Positions 56,063-64,000 of a stretch of DNA of 64,000 nucleotides are shown in pieces (the first letter of the stretch is position 1; each line of letters begins with the position of its first letter). Made by a program: the position numbers and the translations under genes. Source of the DNA: a virus; the IMG/VR virus record IMGVR_UViG_3300036768_001501, positions 27,514 through 91,513 of that record. One strand, given 5' to 3'. Below the pieces are notes generated by a model. The model worked only from the letters and a program-made list of their open reading frames with translations. It had not been told where the DNA came from and made no database searches.

Positions 56063-56362
56063 ATGCGTACATATATCCTCAACGCCCTCCCCGTAGTGGG
56101 CGAGGGTACGCTACGAGTCACGCGCGCCACGTTACGTGAGCTGCGCGAAGCGTACGCCCAAGGCGCAACGTCGCTCATTGGGCATGAGGCCACAGCCGCA
56201 GTACTCGGCGTGGCCTACAACCGCGCAATGCTGGACACGTTTCAAGTAGGGGACGTGTACTACATTGCGCGACTCAAAGTCCGCCTGCCGGCTGACGTAC
56301 GCGACTTGCCGGCTATCGGCGAAAGCGACCTGGACGTGTACCGCGTCGAGGTCATCGCGTAA
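56063..56362 (+). CDS. DUF1874 (STIV B116/YddF) family protein, putative AcrIII-1-type cA4 ring nuclease
   Basis: 99 aa with YILNA, SLIGHEATA, YNR, GD and RLP motifs in family order; SD GGAGG. Confidence 0.8.
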   Translation: MRTYILNALPVVGEGTLRVTRATLRELREAYAQGATSLIGHEATAAVLGVAYNRAMLDTFQVGDVYYIARLKVRLPADVRDLPAIGESDLDVYRVEVIA

Positions 56363-56364
56363 TC

Positions 56365-56655
56365 ATGGCGGACGCGGCAAAGCGCGAGTACGCGCTTAAC
56401 GTGGCGGACCTCACGCACTTTCCGCCACACATTGCACCATTCCTGCTTCCGCAGGACGTGGTGCAAAACCGCGTACTCGTGGACGCGGAGCCAGGTCGCG
56501 TAGATGGCAGCGCCCTCGTACTGGAGACAGACGAGGATCGCGCCATTGCGATCATCCGCCTGCTACGGCATATGGCGTACAAATCGGGGGTCAAGCACCC
56601 GCTGCGCGCCTATGTCCGCAAGGCGGGTACGAAGACCTGGAAGCGGGTACGATAA
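56365..56655 (+). CDS. Hypothetical protein
   Basis: Operonic, translationally coupled ORF. Confidence 0.6.
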   Translation: MADAAKREYALNVADLTHFPPHIAPFLLPQDVVQNRVLVDAEPGRVDGSALVLETDEDRAIAIIRLLRHMAYKSGVKHPLRAYVRKAGTKTWKRVR

Positions 56656-57095
56656 TGTCACGTATCCCGCTCGGCACGAGCTGGTTGTACAAGCTCAATC
56701 CCGCGTTTTCGCGGTTTGAGCTACATCCAGCTTGGATGCGTCCGCACGGTTGTACGTGCGACGACCGCAGTAGTTGGCCGTACGGCGTACTACGCCAACG
56801 GCTAACGTGCGACGTCTGCACGGAATCCGTGCGCAAGTGGGAGCAGGCTGTGCGTACAAAGAATGCGCAAGCGTACTGCTCTATGTGCGGTGAGGCGTGT
56901 ATCGGACACCAGGGGTGTTTCACTTACACGTACTCCCTGGGGTCTGTCGAGCACGCCTGTGACCTGCGCGCGCACTGGTTTGCGTACGACGACCCTGACG
57001 ATGGCGTCGATCCAGTGCGCGTCGCGAAAGAGGGCGGCGAGTACATTTGCGGAAAGTGCATCTTCTCGTACTTGGCCGCCCGTATGAAGCGATAG
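56655..57095 (+). CDS. Cys-rich zinc-finger hypothetical protein
   Basis: CDVC, CSMC and CGKC; TAATG overlap with the previous stop. Confidence 0.65.
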   Translation: MSRIPLGTSWLYKLNPAFSRFELHPAWMRPHGCTCDDRSSWPYGVLRQRLTCDVCTESVRKWEQAVRTKNAQAYCSMCGEACIGHQGCFTYTYSLGSVEHACDLRAHWFAYDDPDDGVDPVRVAKEGGEYICGKCIFSYLAARMKR

Positions 57096-57107
57096 GAGGT
57101 AGCGCAT

Positions 57108-57533
57108 ATGAAACGTACAAAGAAGCGCTATGTTTTCTGTGCCGCTACAGGCAACGAGCCTAGCGGCCTCGCGGAGCATATCCGCGACGAGTACTTCCGC
57201 GCCGACCGTCCGGATGGCGCGACGTACGACGTTATCGCGGTCGCGCAAAGCGATAACGTCGATCGGTCCCGCGTACAATTCGATTGGGACCTCTTCGTGT
57301 ACGGCGAAGAGGCCGTGATCGATTTCGTGCGCGAAGACGTTGCGCGTGAAGAGCGCGATGAGATCGTCGCGTACGTCATCCTTGACGGATGGACAAATCC
57401 GCGACTGCTCATCACGCTCGTACAAGCGATGGAAGCGCGCGGCATCCCGTTTGCTGCGTACGACTTGCGCTGCTTGCCCAACCAGTTCCTCTGGGTGTAC
57501 TGGGGGTTCGAGCCCACGTACAACCCGGAGTGA
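57108..57533 (+). CDS. Hypothetical protein, paralogue pair member 1
   Basis: SD GGAGGT; AYVILDGWT...L..L..A motif. Confidence 0.7.
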   Translation: MKRTKKRYVFCAATGNEPSGLAEHIRDEYFRADRPDGATYDVIAVAQSDNVDRSRVQFDWDLFVYGEEAVIDFVREDVAREERDEIVAYVILDGWTNPRLLITLVQAMEARGIPFAAYDLRCLPNQFLWVYWGFEPTYNPE

Positions 57534-57544
57534 GCGGTACGCGC

Positions 57545-57967
57545 ATGTCGGACATTAAGCGCGATCGCGATCGGCTGACGCTGGTCTTCGTACCGGTACG
57601 TGACGAGCGAGACCAGCGATTCGCAAAGCTGCTACAGCTTTGCGTAGAACCGTTCAACGCCCACGACCACCTATTTGTGGGCGTTGTACAAGGTGCGCGC
57701 AACGACGTTTTGTTGCGCGAGTTCGACGACAACGAGCGCGAGTACCTGGACGTGGTACTCAGCACTGACATGCTCCGCGCGTTCGTATTCGGGCATGTGA
57801 ATAAAAACCCGAAGGGTGAACGCATGGACGCGTACGTGCTCGTGGACAACTGGACGGACGCGTACGCGCTAACCATCCTTCTCCGCGCGCTTGTAGAAAG
57901 CTGCGCGAAGTTCGGTGTGTTCGAGTTCGATGACGGATCGACACACCAGGCTTGGGTACGCCGATGA
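57545..57967 (+). CDS. Hypothetical protein, paralogue pair member 2
   Basis: AYVLVDNWT...L..L..A motif shared with the previous gene. Confidence 0.65.
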   Translation: MSDIKRDRDRLTLVFVPVRDERDQRFAKLLQLCVEPFNAHDHLFVGVVQGARNDVLLREFDDNEREYLDVVLSTDMLRAFVFGHVNKNPKGERMDAYVLVDNWTDAYALTILLRALVESCAKFGVFEFDDGSTHQAWVRR

Positions 57968-58371
57968 ACCACTTCTACCGCGTACTTATCCGCCACGAGG
58001 GGGGCCTGTACTCCCCCCTCGTGGCGTTCGATTCGCCGCTCAGCGTAGCGCACGAGCCACTTAAGTGGGCACGTACGCCGCAAGCGGCAGAAGTGCACGG
58101 TTACTACATTACCGTGTACGAAAACCTGGCGCAAGCGCGCCAGCTCTGGTCGAACCTGACTGCGTACGAGGTTCGACCAGAGTTCATGCAGGCGTACGAG
58201 ATTTGGGCCTGCGAGGCGCGCGGCATTGCGCGCCATCTGCCACCGCCCGTCAACCCGTACGACATCGACAAAGGGTTGATCGGGCCTGCGTACGCGCGCC
58301 CTGGTGCGCCGTACTGGATGGACGGCACGCTAATGGCGCGCGAAGTACGTCCGATAAAGTCCGTGTACTAG
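57964..58371 (+). CDS. Expanded ~140-aa family, copy 1
   Basis: FYRV...W...GY.ITVY...EIW.CEA.G...W.DGTLMA..VR. Confidence 0.75.
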   Translation: MNHFYRVLIRHEGGLYSPLVAFDSPLSVAHEPLKWARTPQAAEVHGYYITVYENLAQARQLWSNLTAYEVRPEFMQAYEIWACEARGIARHLPPPVNPYDIDKGLIGPAYARPGAPYWMDGTLMAREVRPIKSVY

Positions 58372-58383
58372 GAGGGTGTTATT

Positions 58384-58965
58384 GTGAAGTGTTTCACGGC
58401 GTTCACAGATAGCGCGGCTGAAGGCATTGCCGTTCAGCGCGAACCGTACGAGCACGTGTTCTTGGGGTACACGCGACCTAGTCGCAAGCTGGTACGTATC
58501 CCGATCGACATGCGATTGTCGGTACACGTATGCGGTGACGTTGTGTACAACGCTACCGTGTTGCGTGTGGAAAACGGTCCGCTCTTCTTGACCGAAGAGC
58601 AGGATCCGAACGACACGCGCGCACTCGTACTCGTGCGCATTCATGGGAATCGATTTGGAGTGCGGTACGAGCTGCCGCGCGAAAACTGGTTGTACGTGGA
58701 CAAGAAACTGGTCTGGTTCCCGCCAGACGGTACGGAGATGGCGGGGGTGCTACCGTTGGCATCCGCGTACACGGTGCACTATGAAGGCCGCAAGCGCATT
58801 CCGTACGAGACCAAGCTTGTGGTCCTCGAAAAGGACGCACAATTCATTGTGACCCGTCCGTGTACGTCGTGTGGCGCGCTACGTTCGCGCATCGTGACGT
58901 GGGACGGTACGCAAGTGAAAGTGCGTACATGGTCACAATTGCACAAGGAGGAGTGTGGTCAATGA
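58384..58965 (+). CDS. Hypothetical phage protein
   Basis: SD GGAGG, GTG start; interrupts the paralogue array. Confidence 0.7.
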   Translation: MKCFTAFTDSAAEGIAVQREPYEHVFLGYTRPSRKLVRIPIDMRLSVHVCGDVVYNATVLRVENGPLFLTEEQDPNDTRALVLVRIHGNRFGVRYELPRENWLYVDKKLVWFPPDGTEMAGVLPLASAYTVHYEGRKRIPYETKLVVLEKDAQFIVTRPCTSCGALRSRIVTWDGTQVKVRTWSQLHKEECGQ

Positions 58966-59414
58966 ATGACGGCAAATTGTACAAAATTGTACGCAGACTG
59001 CACGCGCTGACTGAAGCGCGCATGTCGCTCATAGTACCCGAGAGCTCACCTATCATAGCGTACTATGAGCCAAATCGGTGGACGAAGGCGAAACCGGAAG
59101 CCCTGCATCGCGGCTACGGGTTGTTCGTGTACCGCGACCTCGACGCCGCGCTCGACTTCATGCGCTTCGTTCTTGACGCGTACAAAGACGCGGAGGCGCG
59201 CTTCCGCGTCAACCGTGAGGCCTCGTACTCAAGATACGAGCTCTGGGAAGTGCTTGGCATGGGTACGTGGCCCACGATCCACGTCAAGCCACTGGACGCA
59301 GAGGCTATTTGCAAAGGCATTCTGCACCCGAAGTACGCAATCGCGGAAGAGTTTCCCGATGCGCCGTACATCCTCATGGCGCAAGCGGTGAAACTCGTAC
59401 GCCGCGTAGTATGA
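58962..59414 (+). CDS. Expanded ~140-aa family, copy 2
   Basis: LYKIVR...YEPNRW...GYGLFVY...ELWEV...LMAQAVKL. Confidence 0.75.
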   Translation: MNDGKLYKIVRRLHALTEARMSLIVPESSPIIAYYEPNRWTKAKPEALHRGYGLFVYRDLDAALDFMRFVLDAYKDAEARFRVNREASYSRYELWEVLGMGTWPTIHVKPLDAEAICKGILHPKYAIAEEFPDAPYILMAQAVKLVRRVV

Positions 59415-59427
59415 AGTAGGAGGTGCC

Positions 59428-59799
59428 GTGAGGTACTATAAGGTTGTTCTACGCTACCCAAACCAGGATTCGCGATACTCCGTGTTCAAGTACCACGGAA
59501 AGCGCGTGGAATACCGTATTCGGCGCGTAACTGTCGCGCCGTACGAAAACCTGTACAAAACGGGTTGCAAGTTGTTCATCTTTGACAACTTGCGTACCGC
59601 ACGCGAGTGGGCGGAAAGATGGCAACGCTGCAAGCCGCTTGTCAGTATGCCAGGAGAAGCGCTAGAAGTGTGGCGTGTACTGGCGGTTGATGTTTGTACT
59701 ATACCGCCTGACATTCAGCAATTCGCGCCATTACATACGCTTATGGCCGGCTATGTAGTACTCCATAAGCGTATTTGCGAAGTACCGCTATTTGTATAA
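59428..59799 (+). CDS. Expanded ~140-aa family, copy 3
   Basis: YYKVV...G.KLFIF...EVWRV...TLMA. Confidence 0.75.
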   Translation: MRYYKVVLRYPNQDSRYSVFKYHGKRVEYRIRRVTVAPYENLYKTGCKLFIFDNLRTAREWAERWQRCKPLVSMPGEALEVWRVLAVDVCTIPPDIQQFAPLHTLMAGYVVLHKRICEVPLFV

Positions 59800-59800
59800 G

Positions 59801-60169
59801 ATGAGCGAGTACTATAAAGTAGTACGCCTGTTCGAGGACGGCGTACGCGGATCGGCCATCGTGGCACGGGATTGCAACCTGTTTCACGAGTACGTGCCAA
59901 GTACATGGGTACACGCGCGCCCAAATGCGCTCAAGTTTGGGCTATTCGTGTTTACGTCATGCAAAGCGGCACTAGAATTCGCCCATACAATGGGCGCGGG
60001 TTCCAACATCGTGTACGAGATTTGGCGCGTGGACGCAGAGGGCGTACGCCCACTGCCAATGGCGGACACGCTATCAGATAACCCAAGTCAGCGCATGGTT
60101 GACGCGCTGATTATGCGTGAGTGCGTTCGCCGCGTACCGCGTGGATACTGCGACAAAACGTTTGTGTAG
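59801..60169 (+). CDS. Expanded ~140-aa family, copy 4
   Basis: YYKVVR...YVP..W...FGLFVF...EIWRV; recent duplicate of copy 5. Confidence 0.75.
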   Translation: MSEYYKVVRLFEDGVRGSAIVARDCNLFHEYVPSTWVHARPNALKFGLFVFTSCKAALEFAHTMGAGSNIVYEIWRVDAEGVRPLPMADTLSDNPSQRMVDALIMRECVRRVPRGYCDKTFV

Positions 60170-60177
60170 GAACGCAC

Positions 60178-60519
60178 ATGTCCGAGTACTTCAAAGTCGT
60201 ACGCCTGTTCGAGGACGGCGTACGCGGGTCTGCTATTACGCCGCGCGAAAGCGCCTTTTTCCACCACTACGTACCAGGCGAATGGGTGCGCGTGCGGCAA
60301 AACCCGTTCAAGTACGGGTTATTTGTCTTCACTAGCTACGACGTGGCGCTGGAGTTCGCCATCGAAATGCGCATGGAACCTGGTACACTGTACGAGATTT
60401 GGCGCGTTGACGTTGAGGACCCGCGTCCGTTGCCAACGGCAGATGAGCTAACGGACAATCCGAGCGTACGCATGGTAGACGCGCTGATTATGCGCGAGTG
60501 CGTTCGCCGCGTACCGTAG
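60178..60519 (+). CDS. Expanded ~140-aa family, copy 5
   Basis: Near-identical N- and C-termini to copy 4. Confidence 0.75.
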   Translation: MSEYFKVVRLFEDGVRGSAITPRESAFFHHYVPGEWVRVRQNPFKYGLFVFTSYDVALEFAIEMRMEPGTLYEIWRVDVEDPRPLPTADELTDNPSVRMVDALIMRECVRRVP

Positions 60520-60527
60520 GAGTTGCA

Positions 60528-60980
60528 ATGGCAAAACAACGTTCTGCGCGCACAGTGTACAAGGTTGTGCGCAAGTACGGAAGCCGCCTGGTGTCGCTGT
60601 ATTTTAATGCGTCCGAAGCGCCAGGCGTGGAGTACGTGCCTAGCGAATGGGCACATGCACCAGATGTTATGCACAAGTACAAGTACGGACTATGCGTGTT
60701 TGGCACGCTTGAAGATGTGTTCCTGTTCACGTTCCGGAAAAGTACCGACAAGTCGCCACGTGACTTGCAAGTTTGGGAATGCGAAGCCCTTGGCGTACGC
60801 AAGCCGCGCGTAAAGCGCTTGTCGATCGGCGACGTAGTCCCAGTTGCTTTGGGTGAGGTACACATATCCAAAGCGATGCAAGACGAGTGGCCGACCGGTA
60901 CGCTGCATGCGGACGCGGTACGCCTCATGAAGCCAATACCGTGGGACAAGGTCAAGAACGAGCATAAGGTGGTGTACTAA
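60528..60980 (+). CDS. Expanded ~140-aa family, copy 6
   Basis: VYKVVR...YGLCVF...QVWECEA.GVR...WPTGTL.A.AVRL. Confidence 0.8.
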   Translation: MAKQRSARTVYKVVRKYGSRLVSLYFNASEAPGVEYVPSEWAHAPDVMHKYKYGLCVFGTLEDVFLFTFRKSTDKSPRDLQVWECEALGVRKPRVKRLSIGDVVPVALGEVHISKAMQDEWPTGTLHADAVRLMKPIPWDKVKNEHKVVY

Positions 60981-60981
60981 A

Positions 60982-61428
60982 ATGAGACAACGCCTAAAAA
61001 CCGTGTACAAGATTGTGCGCACCGACACCGGTGGTAGCGCGCTTGCGTCTATATCGTTCATGTTCTCAGAGCCGGCGTGCACGCGGTACACACCGCAAAA
61101 ATGGGTACGCGCTCCGAAGGTTATGCGTAAGCGCGGATATGACCTATGCGTGTTCGACTCGCTTGAGAGCGTACACGATTTTATCAATTGGGACCAGTAC
61201 CACCCGCCGTGCAGCTGGCAGGTCTGGAAATGCGACGCCATTGGCGTACGCAAGCCGGTCGCAAACCGATTGTTCACGGATTACGTTACTAGCTTCGTAC
61301 TAGGCGAGCTAGGCGCGGAAGAAATTCGATTTCACGCCTGGCCGACCGGTACGCTATTTGCGACGGCTGTTCGACTGATCGAGCCGGTACCGTGGGATAC
61401 GGTCAGGAATGCCGTACGGGGGGAATAA
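60982..61428 (+). CDS. Expanded ~140-aa family, copy 7
   Basis: Same motif set as copy 6. Confidence 0.8.
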   Translation: MRQRLKTVYKIVRTDTGGSALASISFMFSEPACTRYTPQKWVRAPKVMRKRGYDLCVFDSLESVHDFINWDQYHPPCSWQVWKCDAIGVRKPVANRLFTDYVTSFVLGELGAEEIRFHAWPTGTLFATAVRLIEPVPWDTVRNAVRGE

Positions 61429-61429
61429 T

Positions 61430-61879
61430 ATGCGCAAAAAGAATTTAGCGTACAAGGTTGTCAACGTCGAGCGCGGCAAGTTAACGTCGCTGTCGTTCCG
61501 TCTCGGGGACCCAGCGTGCGTTATCTATAAGCCGCAGGAATGGGTACGCGCGCCATTAGCGATGCGCAAGCGCGGGTACTGGTTGTACGTATTCGCAGAC
61601 CTGGCCGACGTACGAAAGTTCTTCCTGATGGACAAGTTCGCCATCGCGAAGGAGGCGTACAACATTGAGCTGTGGGAATGCGAAACGCTCGATTTGTACG
61701 TACCCCTAGCAAGCCGGCTGGACGTGGTAGACGTCAATATGCTTACAGCCGGTACGCTACGCAAGCCGCGCGGCTGGTACCGAAGCTGGCCGGACGGCAC
61801 GCTCATGGCACGTGCTATCCGCCTGACAAAGCCAGTACCATGGGAAACGCTAGATAACCTGCCAGAGGTGGTGTACTGA
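61430..61879 (+). CDS. Expanded ~140-aa family, copy 8
   Basis: Same motif set as copy 6. Confidence 0.8.
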   Translation: MRKKNLAYKVVNVERGKLTSLSFRLGDPACVIYKPQEWVRAPLAMRKRGYWLYVFADLADVRKFFLMDKFAIAKEAYNIELWECETLDLYVPLASRLDVVDVNMLTAGTLRKPRGWYRSWPDGTLMARAIRLTKPVPWETLDNLPEVVY

Positions 61880-61880
61880 A

Positions 61881-62318
61881 ATGAAACACTGTTCTATCCC
61901 AACCCCACTCGTACAGGCGTACAAGATCGTGCGCTACACGCCATTTGGCGAATTTACATCGCTGGCATTACCCATGTTCCGCTATATGCATACCAAGTAC
62001 GTGCTCGGAAAATGGGTGTACGCGCAGCCTCCAATGACCGAACACGGGTACGGGCTGTGCATATTCAGAACGATCCGTCACGCCTGCGAATACCTAGACC
62101 TGACTGTAGGGCCGGTACGCGGCTGGCAGTTATGGCGCTGCGAAGCTATAAACGTACGCGCAGACCTGCCACCACCCCTGTACACAGCACATGACGCCTC
62201 GGGCAACCCAGACTTCAGCCAGATATATGAGTACCCGTGGCCGACAGGAACGTTAATGGCAGACGCTGTACGCCTAATCGAACATATCCCGTGGAAAGAG
62301 GCATTCCGTCATGCGTAA
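61881..62318 (+). CDS. Expanded ~140-aa family, copy 9
   Basis: Same motif set as copy 6. Confidence 0.8.
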   Translation: MKHCSIPTPLVQAYKIVRYTPFGEFTSLALPMFRYMHTKYVLGKWVYAQPPMTEHGYGLCIFRTIRHACEYLDLTVGPVRGWQLWRCEAINVRADLPPPLYTAHDASGNPDFSQIYEYPWPTGTLMADAVRLIEHIPWKEAFRHA

Positions 62319-62742
62319 ACGATCCCCAAAACAATTCTACAAGATCGTACGCCGCTTGAACAACAACGAGCGCGTTTCCCTGTTTGTACCGCTATCCTCC
62401 TACCATTGCGTGATATACGAGCCAGGTAAAATCGCGTACGCTGATCCAGTCATGCGCAAGCGTAAATATGGCTTGTGCATCTTCGAGGATATGGAGCACG
62501 TACGCGAATACCTGTGCTCGATTACCAGACCGGCACTAGAACCGTCTATCGAGGTGTGGCGGTGTACTGCATGGGGCGTGTACAAACGCCTGCCAAGACA
62601 ACTAGATTGGGGCTATGTAGACGCAGGCGTTTTCAACCCGCCCGCGGTACGCATACCGTGGCCAGAAGGCACACGCATGGCGCATGCGGTGCGCCTCGAT
62701 GAGATAGTTGGTACCTACTATAATATAGTGAAGGGGTACTAA
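62311..62742 (+). CDS. Expanded ~140-aa family, copy 10
   Basis: Same motif set as copy 6. Confidence 0.8.
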   Translation: MRKRSPKQFYKIVRRLNNNERVSLFVPLSSYHCVIYEPGKIAYADPVMRKRKYGLCIFEDMEHVREYLCSITRPALEPSIEVWRCTAWGVYKRLPRQLDWGYVDAGVFNPPAVRIPWPEGTRMAHAVRLDEIVGTYYNIVKGY

Positions 62743-62948
62743 GCATGCATCAGCATGTAGATAGCAGCATGCGGCACGTGTGCATAGGTAGCGCGGGCGT
62801 GCGTACAGATAACGGCGGCGCAGGCGTGCGTACGGGCAAGAACAGCAAGCAGGACGGCAAACAACACGGCCAGCATGACGGTGTGCTGATGGGGGGATAC
62901 GGTACCCGTACCTCCCCCGCGTACGCCCCTTATCTTGCATTTTTGCAT
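62739..62948 (-). CDS. Possible small hydrophobic peptide, antisense to the early operon
   Basis: Strong SD AGGAGG-N9-ATG on the minus strand; VMLAVLFAVLLAVLA segment. Confidence 0.35.
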   Translation of the reverse strand: MQKCKIRGVRGGGTGTVSPHQHTVMLAVLFAVLLAVLARTHACAAVICTHARATYAHVPHAAIYMLMHA

Positions 62949-62989
62949 ATAAGGTTCCTCCTGCGCCACGGCCCGCGCCGCGTACAGCG

Positions 62990-63230
62990 TGTGCGTATCC
63001 GGGCTGTGGTTGATGGAGGTAGCGACGTACTGCGTGCTGTGGCTAGTGCTATGGGCGCGTTGCAGATAGCGTACCCGGGCATGGGTAACGCTATAGAGCG
63101 GGCTGTTACGCAGCTATGGCGTACCGGCAGTGCGTATGCCTGGTTCGATAACGGGCTGGTACTGGTGCGTAGCAAGGGCCTGTCGTCCACGCGCAGGTGC
63201 AAGATCAGCGTGCATGTATTGTGCGCGTAG
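62990..63230 (+). CDS. Small hypothetical protein (start uncertain)
   Basis: The stop at 63230 is followed immediately by a terminator. Confidence 0.4.
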
Positions 63231-63235
63231 CATGC

Positions 63236-63271
63236 ATACCGCTGGGGTTTCGGCCCCAGCGGTATTTTTTT
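63236..63271 (+). terminator. Rho-independent terminator
   Basis: ATACCGCTGGGG-tTTCGg-CCCCAGCGGTAT followed by a T tract. Confidence 0.9.
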
Positions 63272-63790
63272 GTCCTCTGGCTGCGTACGCGGTACGCGTA
63301 TGGTATCAAACGATCGGGCAGTATATGCGCGCAAATGACGGTGTACGGCGTACTCGGCGCGGGGCGCATATAAGCAACCAGGGTGTCCGGCTTGTGGCTG
63401 GCTGGTGTGTCTATGCTCTGGTTTGCATAGCGTGTTTGCATAGTGCGTTTGCCTAGCGTGTATGGCCTAGCCGGCCTGCGTACTATATGAGCGGATGGCG
63501 TGGGTAGCGTTTCTTTGCGTACACCAAATTCTGGTTACGGGCCACAAAAGTGGGTGTACGCGGTGTGGCAATTATTCATATAGTACGCGCTTTCTGTCCT
63601 AGTGTCACAAAATTGCCACACCATAGTTGCCTTGACACGTGCTTATGTAGCATGGCTGTCAAAAACCCTGTACGCACAGCGCTGATAAGTCGCAAAAGGT
63701 GGTGTACGCACTTTGGGTGCGTGGCAAGAAAATGACGCTGCGTACATGGTTGATGTGTATCATTTTGGTACACACCGTCTGTCCGGCTGC

Positions 63791-64000
63791 GGCAGTATCG
63801 GCATAGTACTGACGGTTTGCTGCGTACGCGGTACGCAGGCTATGTTTCTGGCAGTATAGGCAAGATCGTGACGGTGTACGGCGTACAAAGGGGCCGGCTG
63901 CGACAGTATGTACGCGGCTAACGACGCGGCAGTATGTACGCGGCGGCGATGATGTACGGCGTACAACCGGCGGGACCCGGCAGTATGTACGCGGCGGCGA
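63791..64000 (+). repeat. Degenerate ~26-bp-period repeat array (CAGTATGTACGCGGC / TGTACGGCGTACAA), cut by the window end
   Basis: CAGTAT at 63793, 63852, 63904, 63930 and 63981; TGTACGGCGTACAA at 63875 and 63953. Confidence 0.75.

Noticed and set aside
49699-62742. Diversity-generating retroelement (RT plus near-duplicate genes 59801/60178 as TR/VR)
   Set aside because: Differences between the duplicates involve all bases, not only adenines, and both copies are full ORFs. No Avd-like gene is evident, and the RT motifs look retron-like.
1-64000. tRNA, rRNA, integrase or IS elements
   Set aside because: None recognised by eye. A tRNAscan/Infernal run was not possible, so small RNAs could have been missed.

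Overview
The window is part of a large tailed-phage (siphovirus-like) genome with four blocks. (1) 1-21.7 kb, + strand: tail tube, a frameshifted tail-assembly chaperone, a 3907-aa tape measure, tail-tip proteins, holin and a SleB-type endolysin. (2) 20.2-34.6 kb, + strand: about 11 signal-peptide-bearing, Cys-rich and Pro/Thr-rich proteins, including one that looks like a tail fibre. Their motifs resemble secreted proteins of Ca. Binatia, which is my inferred host. (3) 35-47.7 kb, mostly - strand: beta clamp, metallophosphoesterase, adenine methyltransferase, resolvase-like and Cas4-like nucleases, and an SNF2 helicase. (4) 48-64 kb, + strand: an early/accessory arm strongly enriched in GTAC. 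The best candidate for a new system opens this arm. It is a structured, internally duplicated retron-like ncRNA (14-bp a1/a2-type inverted repeat, msr- and msd-like hairpins with DNA-type GNA mini-hairpins). It is followed by a catalytically dead RT paralogue (YGQE in place of YADD), an intact retron-type RT, a MoxR-type AAA+ ATPase, a DUF3150-like protein and an HExxH/vWA protein. Further downstream are an Arg-rich protein with a hairpin leader, a DUF1874/AcrIII-1-like ring nuclease and a tandem array of 10 paralogues of one unknown ~140-aa family. All family calls come from motif recognition by eye; no database search was run.
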